From contig CAZGRI010000001.1 of NCBI GenBank assembly GCA_964528205.1, forward strand, positions 1 to 55,222: a DNA stretch of 55,222 nucleotides. The letters are read 5' to 3'. The notes under the pieces are model-generated. The model did no database searches, had not been told where the DNA came from, and saw only the letters and a list, made by a program, of their open reading frames with translations. Position numbers and translations under genes: made by a program. Source of the DNA: an uncultured Dehalococcoidia bacterium (GTDB taxonomy: Bacteria; Chloroflexota; Dehalococcoidia; Lucifugimonadales; CAZGRI01). This document shows, piece by piece, positions 34,099-43,075 of this stretch. Each line of letters starts with the position of its first letter. Positions within the stretch are counted from its first letter, which is position 1.

Positions 34099-35175
34099 TC
34101 AGACCTTGACGGTGCGTCCCGTAGTATACGCCTCCACCGCGGCGTGAGTCACGCGGACGGATTTCAGATTGTCGCGACCCGAGGTCTGCGGCTCGCGGCC
34201 CTCGGCCACGGCGCTCAACATCTCGCCCATGGAGCCGCCCCACGCGTCCGGCGCCCACTGGCCTTCGATCTGGAACGACTGTCGTTGGGAGGGGTCGTCC
34301 TTGAAGGAAACCACCAGCTCCGTTCGGGCGTCCCGGAGGGTGCCGTAGCGGGCGACGAAGGCCGAGCCTTCCGTGCCGTCCAGGTACCAGGCGTATGGGG
34401 AGTGGTGAAGGGCGGGGGCGATGTTGTTGAAGTGGAGCGAGGCCATCAGATCGGAGGGCTCGAAGTCGCACAGCAGCGTGTAGATCATCGGGTCGACGGC
34501 ATTCTGCCCGGGCACGTGAATCGCCGTCGCCTTCACCTGGGTCGGCGTTCGGCCCGTAAAGTAGCGTGTCAGGTCGACGTAGTGTATGCCGTTGTCGATC
34601 ATCGTCATGTGGGGGAAGTCCAGGAAGGGGAAGTCGGCGCCGTCCTGGTACTGCCGGTGAAAATGCACGACGCTGAACAGCGGGCCCAAGACTCCACTCT
34701 CCGCCACGACCTTCAGGGCGCGGTGGTAGGACGCCCAGCGGGCCTGCTGGTTGACCATGAGGGTAACGCCGGCCTGCTCGCAGACTTCCGCGATCTGCTG
34801 TGCCTCTTCAAGGGTCGGCGCCACGGGCTTCTGCGATAGCACATTCTTGCCGGCCGCCGCGATCTTCTTGACGATCTCCAGCCGCTCGGCCGGTCGCACG
34901 GTCAGGTCGACGATCTGGACGTCATCCCGGTCCAGCACGTCGTCGACATCGGTCGTCCAGAAGGGGACCCGGTACTCCTCGGCGACCTCGCGGGCGCGCT
35001 CCTCCACCACGTCGCAGACGGCCGTGAGCCGGTACCCGAACTTGCGATAGGCGGGCAGGTGTGCGCTCTGAGCGATGTTTCCACAACCGATGAGTGCGAT
35101 GCCATGGCTCTCCACGATCTCCGCAGGGGGAGCCTCGGGGGTGTAGTCACTGGGGCTAAGATCGATGGCCTGCAT
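34099..35175 (-). CDS. Gfo/Idh/MocA family oxidoreductase
   Basis: N-terminal Rossmann IALIGCGNIAQSAHLPAYRKFGYRLTAVCD and EKP-type motif SQKPVAPT. ATG 35175 follows AGGGAGAG. Confidence 0.9.
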   Translation of the reverse strand: MQAIDLSPSDYTPEAPPAEIVESHGIALIGCGNIAQSAHLPAYRKFGYRLTAVCDVVEERAREVAEEYRVPFWTTDVDDVLDRDDVQIVDLTVRPAERLEIVKKIAAAGKNVLSQKPVAPTLEEAQQIAEVCEQAGVTLMVNQQARWASYHRALKVVAESGVLGPLFSVVHFHRQYQDGADFPFLDFPHMTMIDNGIHYVDLTRYFTGRTPTQVKATAIHVPGQNAVDPMIYTLLCDFEPSDLMASLHFNNIAPALHHSPYAWYLDGTEGSAFVARYGTLRDARTELVVSFKDDPSQRQSFQIEGQWAPDAWGGSMGEMLSAVAEGREPQTSGRDNLKSVRVTHAAVEAYTTGRTVKV

Positions 35176-35285
35176 TTCTCTGTCTCTCCCTCGCTCGAGA
35201 TCTGGGCAATGACACTCTGCCACGGTCGCGGCCGGGTGTCAATCGAGGTTTCACGTAGAGCGATATCGGATCGGTGCTGCGCCGG

Positions 35286-36422
35286 CTAAGGCACAAAGAT
35301 CTGGAGGCCGCCGCCCGCCTCGACTCTGGCCGAGGGGATGTGCTGGTCCGTAACGAACTGCTCCAATCCGGCGCCCGGCGCCAGCAGGAATATCCGTTTG
35401 GTCGCTATCCCCCTGGGAGGCGCGGAGCCGACGGTCGCAATCATGAGGCGCCCGGCCGACTCGTCGATTACCAGGTCAGTCTCGCCCTGCTCCAGGTCCA
35501 ACGTCCCGAGCCTCTCGACATGCCCGTCGAGTGCCAACATCACGATATCGACCGAGCCCGGCCCCGACTCCGCTATGGCCCAGTAGATGGCGCAATCCCC
35601 GTAGAATACGCCGCGAGACGTCGGCCAGATGCTCTCGGTGAATACAGAATCGATCTCGCTTGTAGTGAGGACATCCCCGGAAGATGGGTCGAAACGCAGC
35701 AGTTGCGAGCCGTCGACCCAGGCGAGCTGGCCGCCTACCGACTGAAAGCGAGGCGCCTCGGCCGCAAGCTCCGTCTCGGCGGCCGAGCCCAGCCTCTTGA
35801 CGGCTAGCTGGCCGCCGCCGCTGCGGTTGCCGAACAGGTCGGTCTTCACCTCTCGCATGAAGTAGACGTCGTCGCCCAGGATGGTGAACCACTCGGCGTT
35901 GATGTCGGTGTTGGAGATGGAGGCGCCTGTGTACGGGTCTATCTCCTCGATGCCGAAGCTGTTGTTGTCGGACGTCCAGTCGGCGCCCCAGTCCCTTATG
36001 ATGAACAGCCGTCCCTCGACCGTCACCGCGTAGATGGCGTTCTTGGCGTAGCTTGGCGAGGTCGCCGACTTCATCAGATCGATTCCCCCTGTCTCGGGGA
36101 TGATCCTCAGTATGCCCAGCGAGCTCTCCTCCCAGGTGATGCCGGTCCCGCGGAGCGACCCGGTGCGGGTGTCGAAACGGGTACGGTAGAACAGAGCCGG
36201 GGAACCGGCCTGGACCGCATCGAGGGAGCCCGCGGCCTCGTCCTCGGCGACCCCTTCCGCGGGCGGCGTGGGGGTTGGGGTAGTCACCGCAGCTGGAGTG
36301 CCTGTGTCTCGGACGTTGGCCGCACCTTCGTCGGCGGTCGTGGAGGACTCCGAGCCGGCACAGGCGACCAAGGCACAGAGACCGGCGGCCAACGCCAGGC
36401 TTGCTAGCACGACATCTCGCAT
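35286..36422 (-). CDS. Putative lipoprotein with a beta-propeller-like repeat body (DUF5050-like)
   Basis: The signal plus lipobox MRDVVLASLALAAGLCALVAC|AG is followed by a Thr/Pro linker (TPAAVTTPTPTPP). The body then shows repetitive beta-strand-like segments. GAGGAG lies 9 nt upstream of ATG 36422. Confidence 0.6.
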   Translation of the reverse strand: MRDVVLASLALAAGLCALVACAGSESSTTADEGAANVRDTGTPAAVTTPTPTPPAEGVAEDEAAGSLDAVQAGSPALFYRTRFDTRTGSLRGTGITWEESSLGILRIIPETGGIDLMKSATSPSYAKNAIYAVTVEGRLFIIRDWGADWTSDNNSFGIEEIDPYTGASISNTDINAEWFTILGDDVYFMREVKTDLFGNRSGGGQLAVKRLGSAAETELAAEAPRFQSVGGQLAWVDGSQLLRFDPSSGDVLTTSEIDSVFTESIWPTSRGVFYGDCAIYWAIAESGPGSVDIVMLALDGHVERLGTLDLEQGETDLVIDESAGRLMIATVGSAPPRGIATKRIFLLAPGAGLEQFVTDQHIPSARVEAGGGLQIFVP

Positions 36423-36659
36423 GACGGCTGTGCTCCTCAGGATATGCGCCCGGCGGCCCAAACTCGGCGGGGGTCCCATGATGACAGCATACCCCATCGA
36501 CCGCCCGGCAAACACCCGAAGAAGCGCCGCTACCAGATGATCGGTGGAGTGTCGGAGGACGGGACGCCGCGGCGCTCTCTGGCATTCCGCCAGGGTCTCA
36601 TCTAGCCACCTATCGGCGCGTCTTCCAAGTGCCGCCCCCGGACTAATACGAGTGAATCA

Positions 36660-37796
36660 TCAAGACTCGTATCGTCCATACTCCAGGGCGGAGTCGAACA
36701 TGGCGATCACGTTCTCCGGCGGCACGTCAGCCTGCATGTTGTGGACCGAGCCCATGACGTAGCCGCCACCGGGAGCCAGGTCTCCGATCCTTCTCTTCAC
36801 CTCGTTGCGAACGTCCTCGGGTGTGCCTCTGGGCAGTACCTCCTGGGTGTCGATGGCGCCCCAGAAACTCAGGTCGTCGCCGAACTCCGTCTTGAGCCGT
36901 GCCGAGTCCATGCCCGTGGCCGAGACCTGCACCGGGTTGAGGACCTCGACTCCAATGTCTATGAAGTCTGGGATGAGGGCGTACACCGAGCCGTCGCTGT
37001 GCATGAAGACCTTCGCGTCGGTCTTGCTCTTGATGGACTCCACCAGGCGGCGATGGTACGGCTTCACCTTTTCGCGGTAGACCTCCGGCCTCATGTATGG
37101 GCGGTCCTGGAACCCCAGGTCGTCTCCGAAGCAAACGACGTCCACGTACTGTCCCATCTCGCCCAGGGCGAACTCCGCTATCCCGGAGCTGACGGCAAGG
37201 GAGTGCTCCATCAGCGCCTCCGCCGCCGCGGGATTGAGGAAGAGGTCCTCCAGCCACTGGGTGAAGCCCCTCATTATCTGGCAGGTCAGTACCACGCCGT
37301 AGGGAAGGCTGAGGACCACGGCGTAGTCCGTCTCCCGGCGAAGCCTCATGGCCCGCTCCTTGAAGCCCTCGAGCCGGCTCGGGTCCCTGGGTTCCGGCCA
37401 GGGGTGCGCGTCGATCTCCGCTACGGTTGGCTCCCCTTTCTGGAACGGGCCCTCTCGGAAGATGTAGTGGCCGCCCTCCTCGGGTCTGGCCCAAACGACG
37501 CCCCATTCGTCCCGGTAGGAACGGTCGTCAAGCTCCGTGTCGGGCCTCCCCATGTACAGGCCGCGACAGTCGATGTCGAAACGCCGGAGCACGGCCTCCG
37601 AAGGAAGGGCCGTCTGGCTATGGCCTCGCTTCCGGGCCTGGTCTGCCTCGCTACCGATTCCGAGGTACTCGATCAGGTTGTCGTAGGCGGTCTCGTTGAT
37701 CCCGGTGGCGATTCCCTGGCCGAGGTCTCGCGGCACCCGGTCCGGCTCCTCGTGGCTCAGCGCCTTCAAAACCCTCTCCCGGTGACTCATCGTCAT
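36660..37796 (-). CDS. Uroporphyrinogen decarboxylase (URO-D) family protein, MtaA/CmuA-like
   Basis: MTMSHRERVLKALSHEEPDRVPRDLG... and HSDGSVYALIPDFIDIGVEVLNPVQ. AAGGAG lies 7 nt upstream of ATG 37796. Confidence 0.8.
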   Translation of the reverse strand: MTMSHRERVLKALSHEEPDRVPRDLGQGIATGINETAYDNLIEYLGIGSEADQARKRGHSQTALPSEAVLRRFDIDCRGLYMGRPDTELDDRSYRDEWGVVWARPEEGGHYIFREGPFQKGEPTVAEIDAHPWPEPRDPSRLEGFKERAMRLRRETDYAVVLSLPYGVVLTCQIMRGFTQWLEDLFLNPAAAEALMEHSLAVSSGIAEFALGEMGQYVDVVCFGDDLGFQDRPYMRPEVYREKVKPYHRRLVESIKSKTDAKVFMHSDGSVYALIPDFIDIGVEVLNPVQVSATGMDSARLKTEFGDDLSFWGAIDTQEVLPRGTPEDVRNEVKRRIGDLAPGGGYVMGSVHNMQADVPPENVIAMFDSALEYGRYES

Positions 37797-38043
37797 GGCA
37801 CATCTCCTTGCCGAGGTGGTGGTCCTTCCTGCCCGCAATGCGATGGCAACACCTCGGCGTTACACAGGGGTTACAAGAAGTGGGATCGACGCCACGTTCA
37901 TTCTCGGCGTCGACGGTCATAAGCCATGGTTATGCTGCCGATAGTAAACAATGTATTGGTGCTTATGCCTGGGCTTGGCTATATTGTGGAGTGTTAGGAC
38001 TCACTCCAGACGGCGGGGTGAAGATCGTCGGAGGAATTCAAGG

Positions 38044-38817
38044 TTGGTAGCACTGGTGTTGGTCAGCGGCTTAATGGCGGGGTTCCTGGGCGGCATGCTG
38101 GGGCTGGGCGGCGGGATACTGCTTGCGCCCATACTGCTTTACGCTCCGGGAGCGGTGGGGCTCGACGGCCTTGCCGTCAAGGAGATCATGGGGTTGACCA
38201 TGGTACAGGCGTTGGCCGGCGGCCTCTCGGGTCTGGCCAGACACCAGTCCTTCGGTTTCGTGTCCTGGCGCCTGGTGTTGCACATGGGGGTGCCCCTGGC
38301 CGCGGCGGCCCTGGTCGGGGCGATGGTGTCATCGAGGGTGCCCGACAACGTTCTGCTGGCGCTGTTCGCGAGCATGGCGCTGATCGCCGCGGGGCTAGCG
38401 TTCGTTAGAGGCGGGAGCGCGGTCTCGGACGGCGGCGCAGAGGCCAAGCCGGTCTTCAATGTGCCTCTGACCCTGGCTTGCGGCACCGCCGTCGGACTCG
38501 GGGGCGGGATGGTGGGGCAGGCGGGGGGATTCCTGTTGATCCCGTTGATGATCTACGTACTGCGCATTCCGACGCGCTTCGCCATCGGGAGCAATCTGGG
38601 GATCATCCTGTTCCCCGCCGTGGCGGGTCTGGCGGGCAAGCTGGGCACCGCCCAGGTGCCGCTGCTTCTGGCGATTGCGCTGGTTGGGGGCACGGTGCCG
38701 GGCGTTCTGCTCGGCTCGCTGGTGAGCCGCCGTGTCAGGCCGCGGGCCCTTCGCTACGGGCTCGCCGGTGTCGTCACAGTGGCCGCCGTAGGCATCTGGC
38801 TGGACATCTTCCTATAG
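38044..38817 (+). CDS. TauE/SafE (TSUP) family anion exporter
   Basis: Two halves each carry the G-rich motif (GFLGGMLGLGGGILLAP; GLGGGMVGQAGGFLLIP). About 8 TM helices. TTG 38044 follows GGAGG by 9 nt. The ORF-track start 37951 adds an Arg-rich non-membrane head. Confidence 0.8.
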   Translation: MVALVLVSGLMAGFLGGMLGLGGGILLAPILLYAPGAVGLDGLAVKEIMGLTMVQALAGGLSGLARHQSFGFVSWRLVLHMGVPLAAAALVGAMVSSRVPDNVLLALFASMALIAAGLAFVRGGSAVSDGGAEAKPVFNVPLTLACGTAVGLGGGMVGQAGGFLLIPLMIYVLRIPTRFAIGSNLGIILFPAVAGLAGKLGTAQVPLLLAIALVGGTVPGVLLGSLVSRRVRPRALRYGLAGVVTVAAVGIWLDIFL

Positions 38818-38821
38818 GCGA

Positions 38822-39871
38822 TCAGGTCGTCGACATCGCGACGCCCAGCTCGCCGGCGACTCTGCCTATATCGGCCCAGTACACGTCTGGGATGTCGATG
38901 CCCTCTTCGAGCCGCCGTTGCCGTGTCTCCTCCTCGATCTCACCGGGGGCATATACACGCTCGAAGCCGGGCAGCGGCCTGGCGGAATGCACCCAGTCCC
39001 CCAGCCCCTCGGTCTGTCCGGTGTACGTGTCCAGGTCGGTAAAGGACTCTATGTCGATGGCCATCAGCATCACGCCTCCGCCGCCGTCGGCCTCCCTCTC
39101 GCCCTGGGTGCAGCCAGCCAGGCTCAATGGGCCGACAATCATCTCCATCATCATGTTCAGGCCGTAGCCCTTGTGGCCGAACTGCATGTCGCCCAGAGGC
39201 AGGATCGCCGTGTCCAGGTCGTCGTATCGATGGCCGTCCGACAGGTACTCCCCCTTCTGGTCGATCAGCCAACCGTCGGGCAGCGGTTTGTCGTTGGCCA
39301 CCATCTGCCGGATCTTGCCGCCGGCCACGACGCTGAGAGACATGTCCAGCATAAAGGGCGGGCCGTTGCGCCGCGGAACGGCGAAGGACAGGGGGCTGGG
39401 TCGCAGCCGCCGGTCGGCGCTGCCGAAGGGGCCCATGAACATGCCGCCGACGTTGGTCCAGAGCATGGCCACCATGCCCTGCTCGGCTACGAGCGGCGTG
39501 TAGTGACCGAGCCTGGCGATGTGGGTGACGTCCCGGAGCGCAACGGTGCCGAAGGTCGAGGCCCGCGCCTTCTCTACCACCAGGTCGACCACCCTGTTCA
39601 TGGCCACGATCCCGTTGGCCCCGTGGCCGTCGATGATGGCCAGCGTTGCGTTTTCCCGGATCACCTCGTGGGCTTCCCAGCCGACGTAGGCGCCGTCCTT
39701 CATGCTTCCAACGTACCGGGGCACGAGCCATACGCCGTGGGAGTCGTGGCCGCAGAGGTTACTGTCCACCTGATGGTCCGAGATTATCCGCGCGTCCTCC
39801 TCCGGGAGTCCCGTGGCCCGGTATATGCGGAACGCTACGTCCCTGAGTACGTCGTGGCTTATGTTGGGCAT
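38822..39871 (-). CDS. Ldh_2 family (malate/L-lactate/sulfolactate-type) dehydrogenase
   Basis: SNLCGHDSHGVWLVPRYV, IIDGHGANG, FGHKGYGLNMMMEM. Confidence 0.85.
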   Translation of the reverse strand: MPNISHDVLRDVAFRIYRATGLPEEDARIISDHQVDSNLCGHDSHGVWLVPRYVGSMKDGAYVGWEAHEVIRENATLAIIDGHGANGIVAMNRVVDLVVEKARASTFGTVALRDVTHIARLGHYTPLVAEQGMVAMLWTNVGGMFMGPFGSADRRLRPSPLSFAVPRRNGPPFMLDMSLSVVAGGKIRQMVANDKPLPDGWLIDQKGEYLSDGHRYDDLDTAILPLGDMQFGHKGYGLNMMMEMIVGPLSLAGCTQGEREADGGGGVMLMAIDIESFTDLDTYTGQTEGLGDWVHSARPLPGFERVYAPGEIEEETRQRRLEEGIDIPDVYWADIGRVAGELGVAMSTT

Positions 39872-39887
39872 GGTTGATCCTCTCCAG

Positions 39888-40952
39888 CTAGTCGAAGGTC
39901 AGCACCGTCCGGGCCGTGACGCCCGCGTTCATGTCGTCGAACGCCTCGTTGACCTCGTCCAGGGGCCTGTACTTCGTTATCAGCTCGTCGACCTTCAGCC
40001 GGCCGTCCATGTACAAGTCCAGAAGCCAGTGGAAGTCCACTCTGGGCCGCGCGGCGCCGTAGTAGGTGCCCATGACTGTGCGGTCCTGCCCGAGAGGCCC
40101 TCCCGGAAGCGACAGATCAGAAGACAGGCCTATGGTCACCGCCGTCCCGCCGGGACCCAGGGACTCGTACGCCTGGGTCAGGACCTCCAGCAGGCCGATG
40201 ATGTCGAACGCGTAGTCGGCCCCGCCGTCGGTGATCTCCCGAACCCGCTTGACCGGGTCCTCACGGTCCGCGTTGACGAAGTGGGTCGCGCCCATCTCCT
40301 CGGCTTTTTGAAGCTTGAAGTCGACCTTGTCGACCGCGATGATCTTCGACGCCCCCGACAGGACGGCGCCCTGGACGGCGTTGAGGCCGACGCCGCCGCA
40401 GCCGAAGATCGCCACCGTGCTGCCGGCCTCGACCTTCGCCCGGTTGATGACGACGCTGACGCCGGTGGCGACGGCGCAGCCGATCAGGCACGCCTTCTCC
40501 AGCGGCGCGTCATCCCGCACCTTCACGGCCGCGTCGGCCAGGACGACGGTCTCCTCAGAGAAGGTCGCCAGCGTATGGTAGCAGTACTGGCCGTTCCGGC
40601 TGAAGCGCGACATGTTTCCCGGCCCCCTGCGAAAGCCGGTGGGGTACCCGACGCAGATGTTGGGTCGGCCCATTGCGCAGTAGCGGCAGCGGCCGCACTG
40701 GGGGGTCACGGAGAAGATCACGTGGTCGCCGGGCGCCAGGTCTCGTACGCCGGGGCCTACCCGCTGGACGATGCCGGCTCCCTCGTGGCCAAGCAGCAAG
40801 GGCACGGTGTCAGCGGTCAGCCGGTGCCAGTCGCTGCGACAGACACCGGCGCTGACCATCTTGACCCGGACCTCCCCGGCCTCGGGCTCGTCCAGGTCGA
40901 GGTCGTCGACTCTCACCGGTGTTCCCGGCTTTTCCAAGAATGCGGCTTTCAT
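39888..40952 (-). CDS. Zn-dependent alcohol dehydrogenase (MDR superfamily)
   Basis: GVCRSDWH, GHEGAGIV, the structural-Zn cysteines CGRCRYC, and the Rossmann motif IFGCGGVGL. ATG 40952 follows AAGGAG by 7 nt. Confidence 0.9.
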   Translation of the reverse strand: MKAAFLEKPGTPVRVDDLDLDEPEAGEVRVKMVSAGVCRSDWHRLTADTVPLLLGHEGAGIVQRVGPGVRDLAPGDHVIFSVTPQCGRCRYCAMGRPNICVGYPTGFRRGPGNMSRFSRNGQYCYHTLATFSEETVVLADAAVKVRDDAPLEKACLIGCAVATGVSVVINRAKVEAGSTVAIFGCGGVGLNAVQGAVLSGASKIIAVDKVDFKLQKAEEMGATHFVNADREDPVKRVREITDGGADYAFDIIGLLEVLTQAYESLGPGGTAVTIGLSSDLSLPGGPLGQDRTVMGTYYGAARPRVDFHWLLDLYMDGRLKVDELITKYRPLDEVNEAFDDMNAGVTARTVLTFD

Positions 40953-41191
40953 GGGACTGCTCCTTTCACCTCGACGCAAATGTAGTCCCCGGCAACGAAC
41001 GTGTCAACCGGCGTCATCGCGTAACCGCAGACTGACCCGCATGTCGCGCAATGTGGAATCCGCATTCGGGTGATCGAGGAGGGCTTTACGCCGGTGGACG
41101 GTCTGGGCTACTGTGGTCGGGCCTCTCTCAAGGTGGAGGTTCGCTGTTGAGAATCCGCAACCGCGTCGTGGCGGCGAGGAGGTCCTGGCCA

Positions 41192-41611
41192 ATGGAAGTA
41201 CGATTCGTCGCGGGGTTTGGGCCCATAGTCGCCGATGCGGAAGACGCCCGCCGCTTCTATGGCGAAAAGCTGTCGCTCCCGCTCAAGGTTGAGCCGGGCA
41301 GCGACTACACCGAGGTCGACGTGCCGGGATTGAAGCATTTTGGGCTGTGGACGCTGCGCGACGCCGCGCAGAGCACGTTCGGCACCCCCGAATGGCCTGC
41401 AGGCGTCCCCAGGCCGCAGGCGACTCTGGAGCTCGAAGTCGACGACGTCGATGCCGCCGTCGGCGAGCTCAGAGACAAAGGAGTGGAGCTTCTCCAGGAA
41501 ACCAGGATTGAGCCCTGGGGACAGACCACTGCTCGACTGCTATCCCCGGAGGGCCTGCTCATCGGCATCACCTACACTCCGGCGCTGCGGGAGGCGAGTG
41601 CGGACTCGTGA
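41192..41611 (+). CDS. VOC/glyoxalase family protein
   Basis: The size of ~139 aa fits the family. Beta-alpha-beta-beta-beta type segments are present (FYGEKLSLPL...; ELEVDDVDAAVGELRDKGVELL). GAGGAGG lies upstream of ATG 41192. Confidence 0.65.
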   Translation: MEVRFVAGFGPIVADAEDARRFYGEKLSLPLKVEPGSDYTEVDVPGLKHFGLWTLRDAAQSTFGTPEWPAGVPRPQATLELEVDDVDAAVGELRDKGVELLQETRIEPWGQTTARLLSPEGLLIGITYTPALREASADS

Positions 41612-41687
41612 CCGGCGCCGGAACCTCGACGTATCGACCGCCCTTTGGGCCTCACCTGCACGCCTAGAGGCGGGAGGGAGAGAAAGA

Positions 41688-42506
41688 ATGTCCGCGATCG
41701 AGAGATGGACCCGCAGAGTCGAAGCACATCACACCCAGTCGCTGGCGGTCCACGAGCAGGACTCGTGGAGAGAGGACTTCTGGCGTCCCTATGCGTCGGC
41801 TTTTCGCGCCGATCCCTCTCGGGACGACGATCCAGTGGTCAACAGGCTCGTCCAGGAGGCGGACGAGGACACCGCGCTGCTGGACGTCGGCGGCGGCGCC
41901 GGCCGGCTGGCTCTCCCGCTGGCCTTGAAGTGCAAACACGTGACGGTCGTGGATCCGTCAGGCGCCATGCTTGAGCAGCTGAGAGCCGCCATGAGGGAAA
42001 ACGAAATCGGCAACGTCGGCATCGTCGAGGGGACGTGGGAGGAGGCTACCGCGCCGGCGGCCGACGTCGTTCTGTGCGCTCACGTCCTCTACGGCGTTGC
42101 GGACGTAGCGCCGTTCATCAGGAAGATCGAGTCCCATGCCCGCAGGTCGGTGCTGGTCGTGTCCTTCTTCGACGCGCCCCAGTCCTACCTTGGACCTCTG
42201 TGGAAGGCTGTCCATGGACAGGACCGCATCGACCTTCCCGCTCTTCCGGAGCTGATGGAGGTGCTGTGGGAGATGGACATCTACCCCGACGTAGAGATGT
42301 TCCAGGCCGGGCCGTCTCAGCGTTTCGACGCCCACGAAGATGCGGTCCAGCAGGTGGCCCGCCGGCTTTACGTGGCTCCCGGCACAGACCGGGAGCGTCG
42401 CCTGCGACGAGCGGTCGAGGACCTCATGGTGCAAACGCCGGACGGCCTTACGCTACAGGACGCACGCCCCCGACGGCTGGGCTTGGTGAAGTGGAGCCGG
42501 GCCTAG
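41688..42506 (+). CDS. Class I SAM-dependent methyltransferase
   Basis: Motif I LLDVGGGAGRLALPLA. An acidic post-I residue follows (VTVVDPS). GGGAGG lies upstream of ATG 41688. Confidence 0.8.
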   Translation: MSAIERWTRRVEAHHTQSLAVHEQDSWREDFWRPYASAFRADPSRDDDPVVNRLVQEADEDTALLDVGGGAGRLALPLALKCKHVTVVDPSGAMLEQLRAAMRENEIGNVGIVEGTWEEATAPAADVVLCAHVLYGVADVAPFIRKIESHARRSVLVVSFFDAPQSYLGPLWKAVHGQDRIDLPALPELMEVLWEMDIYPDVEMFQAGPSQRFDAHEDAVQQVARRLYVAPGTDRERRLRRAVEDLMVQTPDGLTLQDARPRRLGLVKWSRA

Positions 42507-42540
42507 TGTGGTGTCTCGTAAACAGCTTGCCACAGAACTC

Positions 42541-42605
42541 GTCATCCCGGCGAAGGCCGGGATCCAGTTGGCGAGTCTCTGGATTCCGGCTTCCGCCGGA
42601 ATGAC
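42541..42605. repeat. Inverted pair of REP-like GC hairpin units
   Basis: gtcatcccggcgaaggccgggatccag (42541-42567) and ctggattccggcttccgccggaatgac (42579-42605) are near reverse complements of each other. Each also folds on itself (cccggc/gccggg). A spurious ORF across them reads VIPAKAGIQ...WIPASAGMT. Confidence 0.8.
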
Positions 42606-42719
42606 GAGGGTAGGCGGGCGAGCCGATGGAAGCCCGACTGGTGTGAAGCCATATGCGAGCCACTACACCAGCACACAACGGTGTTGCTAAGCTGGACCCG
42701 GTACCGGGCCGTCCTGTTC

Positions 42720-43070
42720 TTAGCCCAGCTCCGCGGCCTCCCGTAGCAGCGCTGTCAAGGCGTCCAGATCGATCTCGTCGATGCTCCTGATCTTCACGTG
42801 CCGCATCGACTTGCCGGTGCCCTGGAGCAGACCTTGCGGGTCGGGAAGGTCGACCCCGCGGTGGAAGCCCAGGTTGACCGAGTCCTTGAGTGGCGCGATA
42901 TAGCAGAAGACGCTACCCGCCTCGTAGGAGATGGTCCCCCAACCCAGGTGACCGCGCTCGGTGGCCTCCGCCGCGACGTCGCGGACCAGCGCTCGCAGGG
43001 CTTCGGCCAGCTCCCGCACGCCCGGCCCGCCCCGGCTCAGGACCTGCTCAACGCTGTCGTGCTCGTCCAT
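42720..43070 (-). CDS. DUF1801 (YdhG-like) domain protein
   Basis: ISYEAGSVFCYIAPLKDSVNLGFHRG and MRHVKIRS. The ATG lies 3 nt downstream of the URO-D gene's TAG. Confidence 0.7.
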   Translation of the reverse strand: MDEHDSVEQVLSRGGPGVRELAEALRALVRDVAAEATERGHLGWGTISYEAGSVFCYIAPLKDSVNLGFHRGVDLPDPQGLLQGTGKSMRHVKIRSIDEIDLDALTALLREAAELG

Positions 43071-43075
43071 CTGGG

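Noticed and set aside
33169-34839. Very long ORFs on the opposite strand or in alternative frames of real genes. Examples: 33169..34839 + 556 aa, 33068..34471 - 467 aa, 29719..30990 + 423 aa, 13325..14557 - 410 aa, 36741..37922 + 393 aa, 39813..40985 + 390 aa, 35476..36585 - 369 aa, 14164..15249 - 361 aa, 7136..8182 + 348 aa, 19524..20540 + 338 aa, 46007..46984 - 325 aa, 53705..54676 + 323 aa, 38918..39877 + 319 aa, 5230..6099 + 289 aa.
   Set aside because: All are Arg/Gly/Pro/Ala-rich with no recognisable motifs. Each overlaps a frame that carries clear family signatures. These are the typical stop-codon-poor shadow ORFs of high-GC DNA.
42508-42690. 60-aa ORF reading ...ELVIPAKAGIQLASLWIPASAGMTRVGG...
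   Set aside because: It is an artefactual translation of the inverted pair of REP-like hairpin units. The same peptide motifs arise wherever the repeat occurs.
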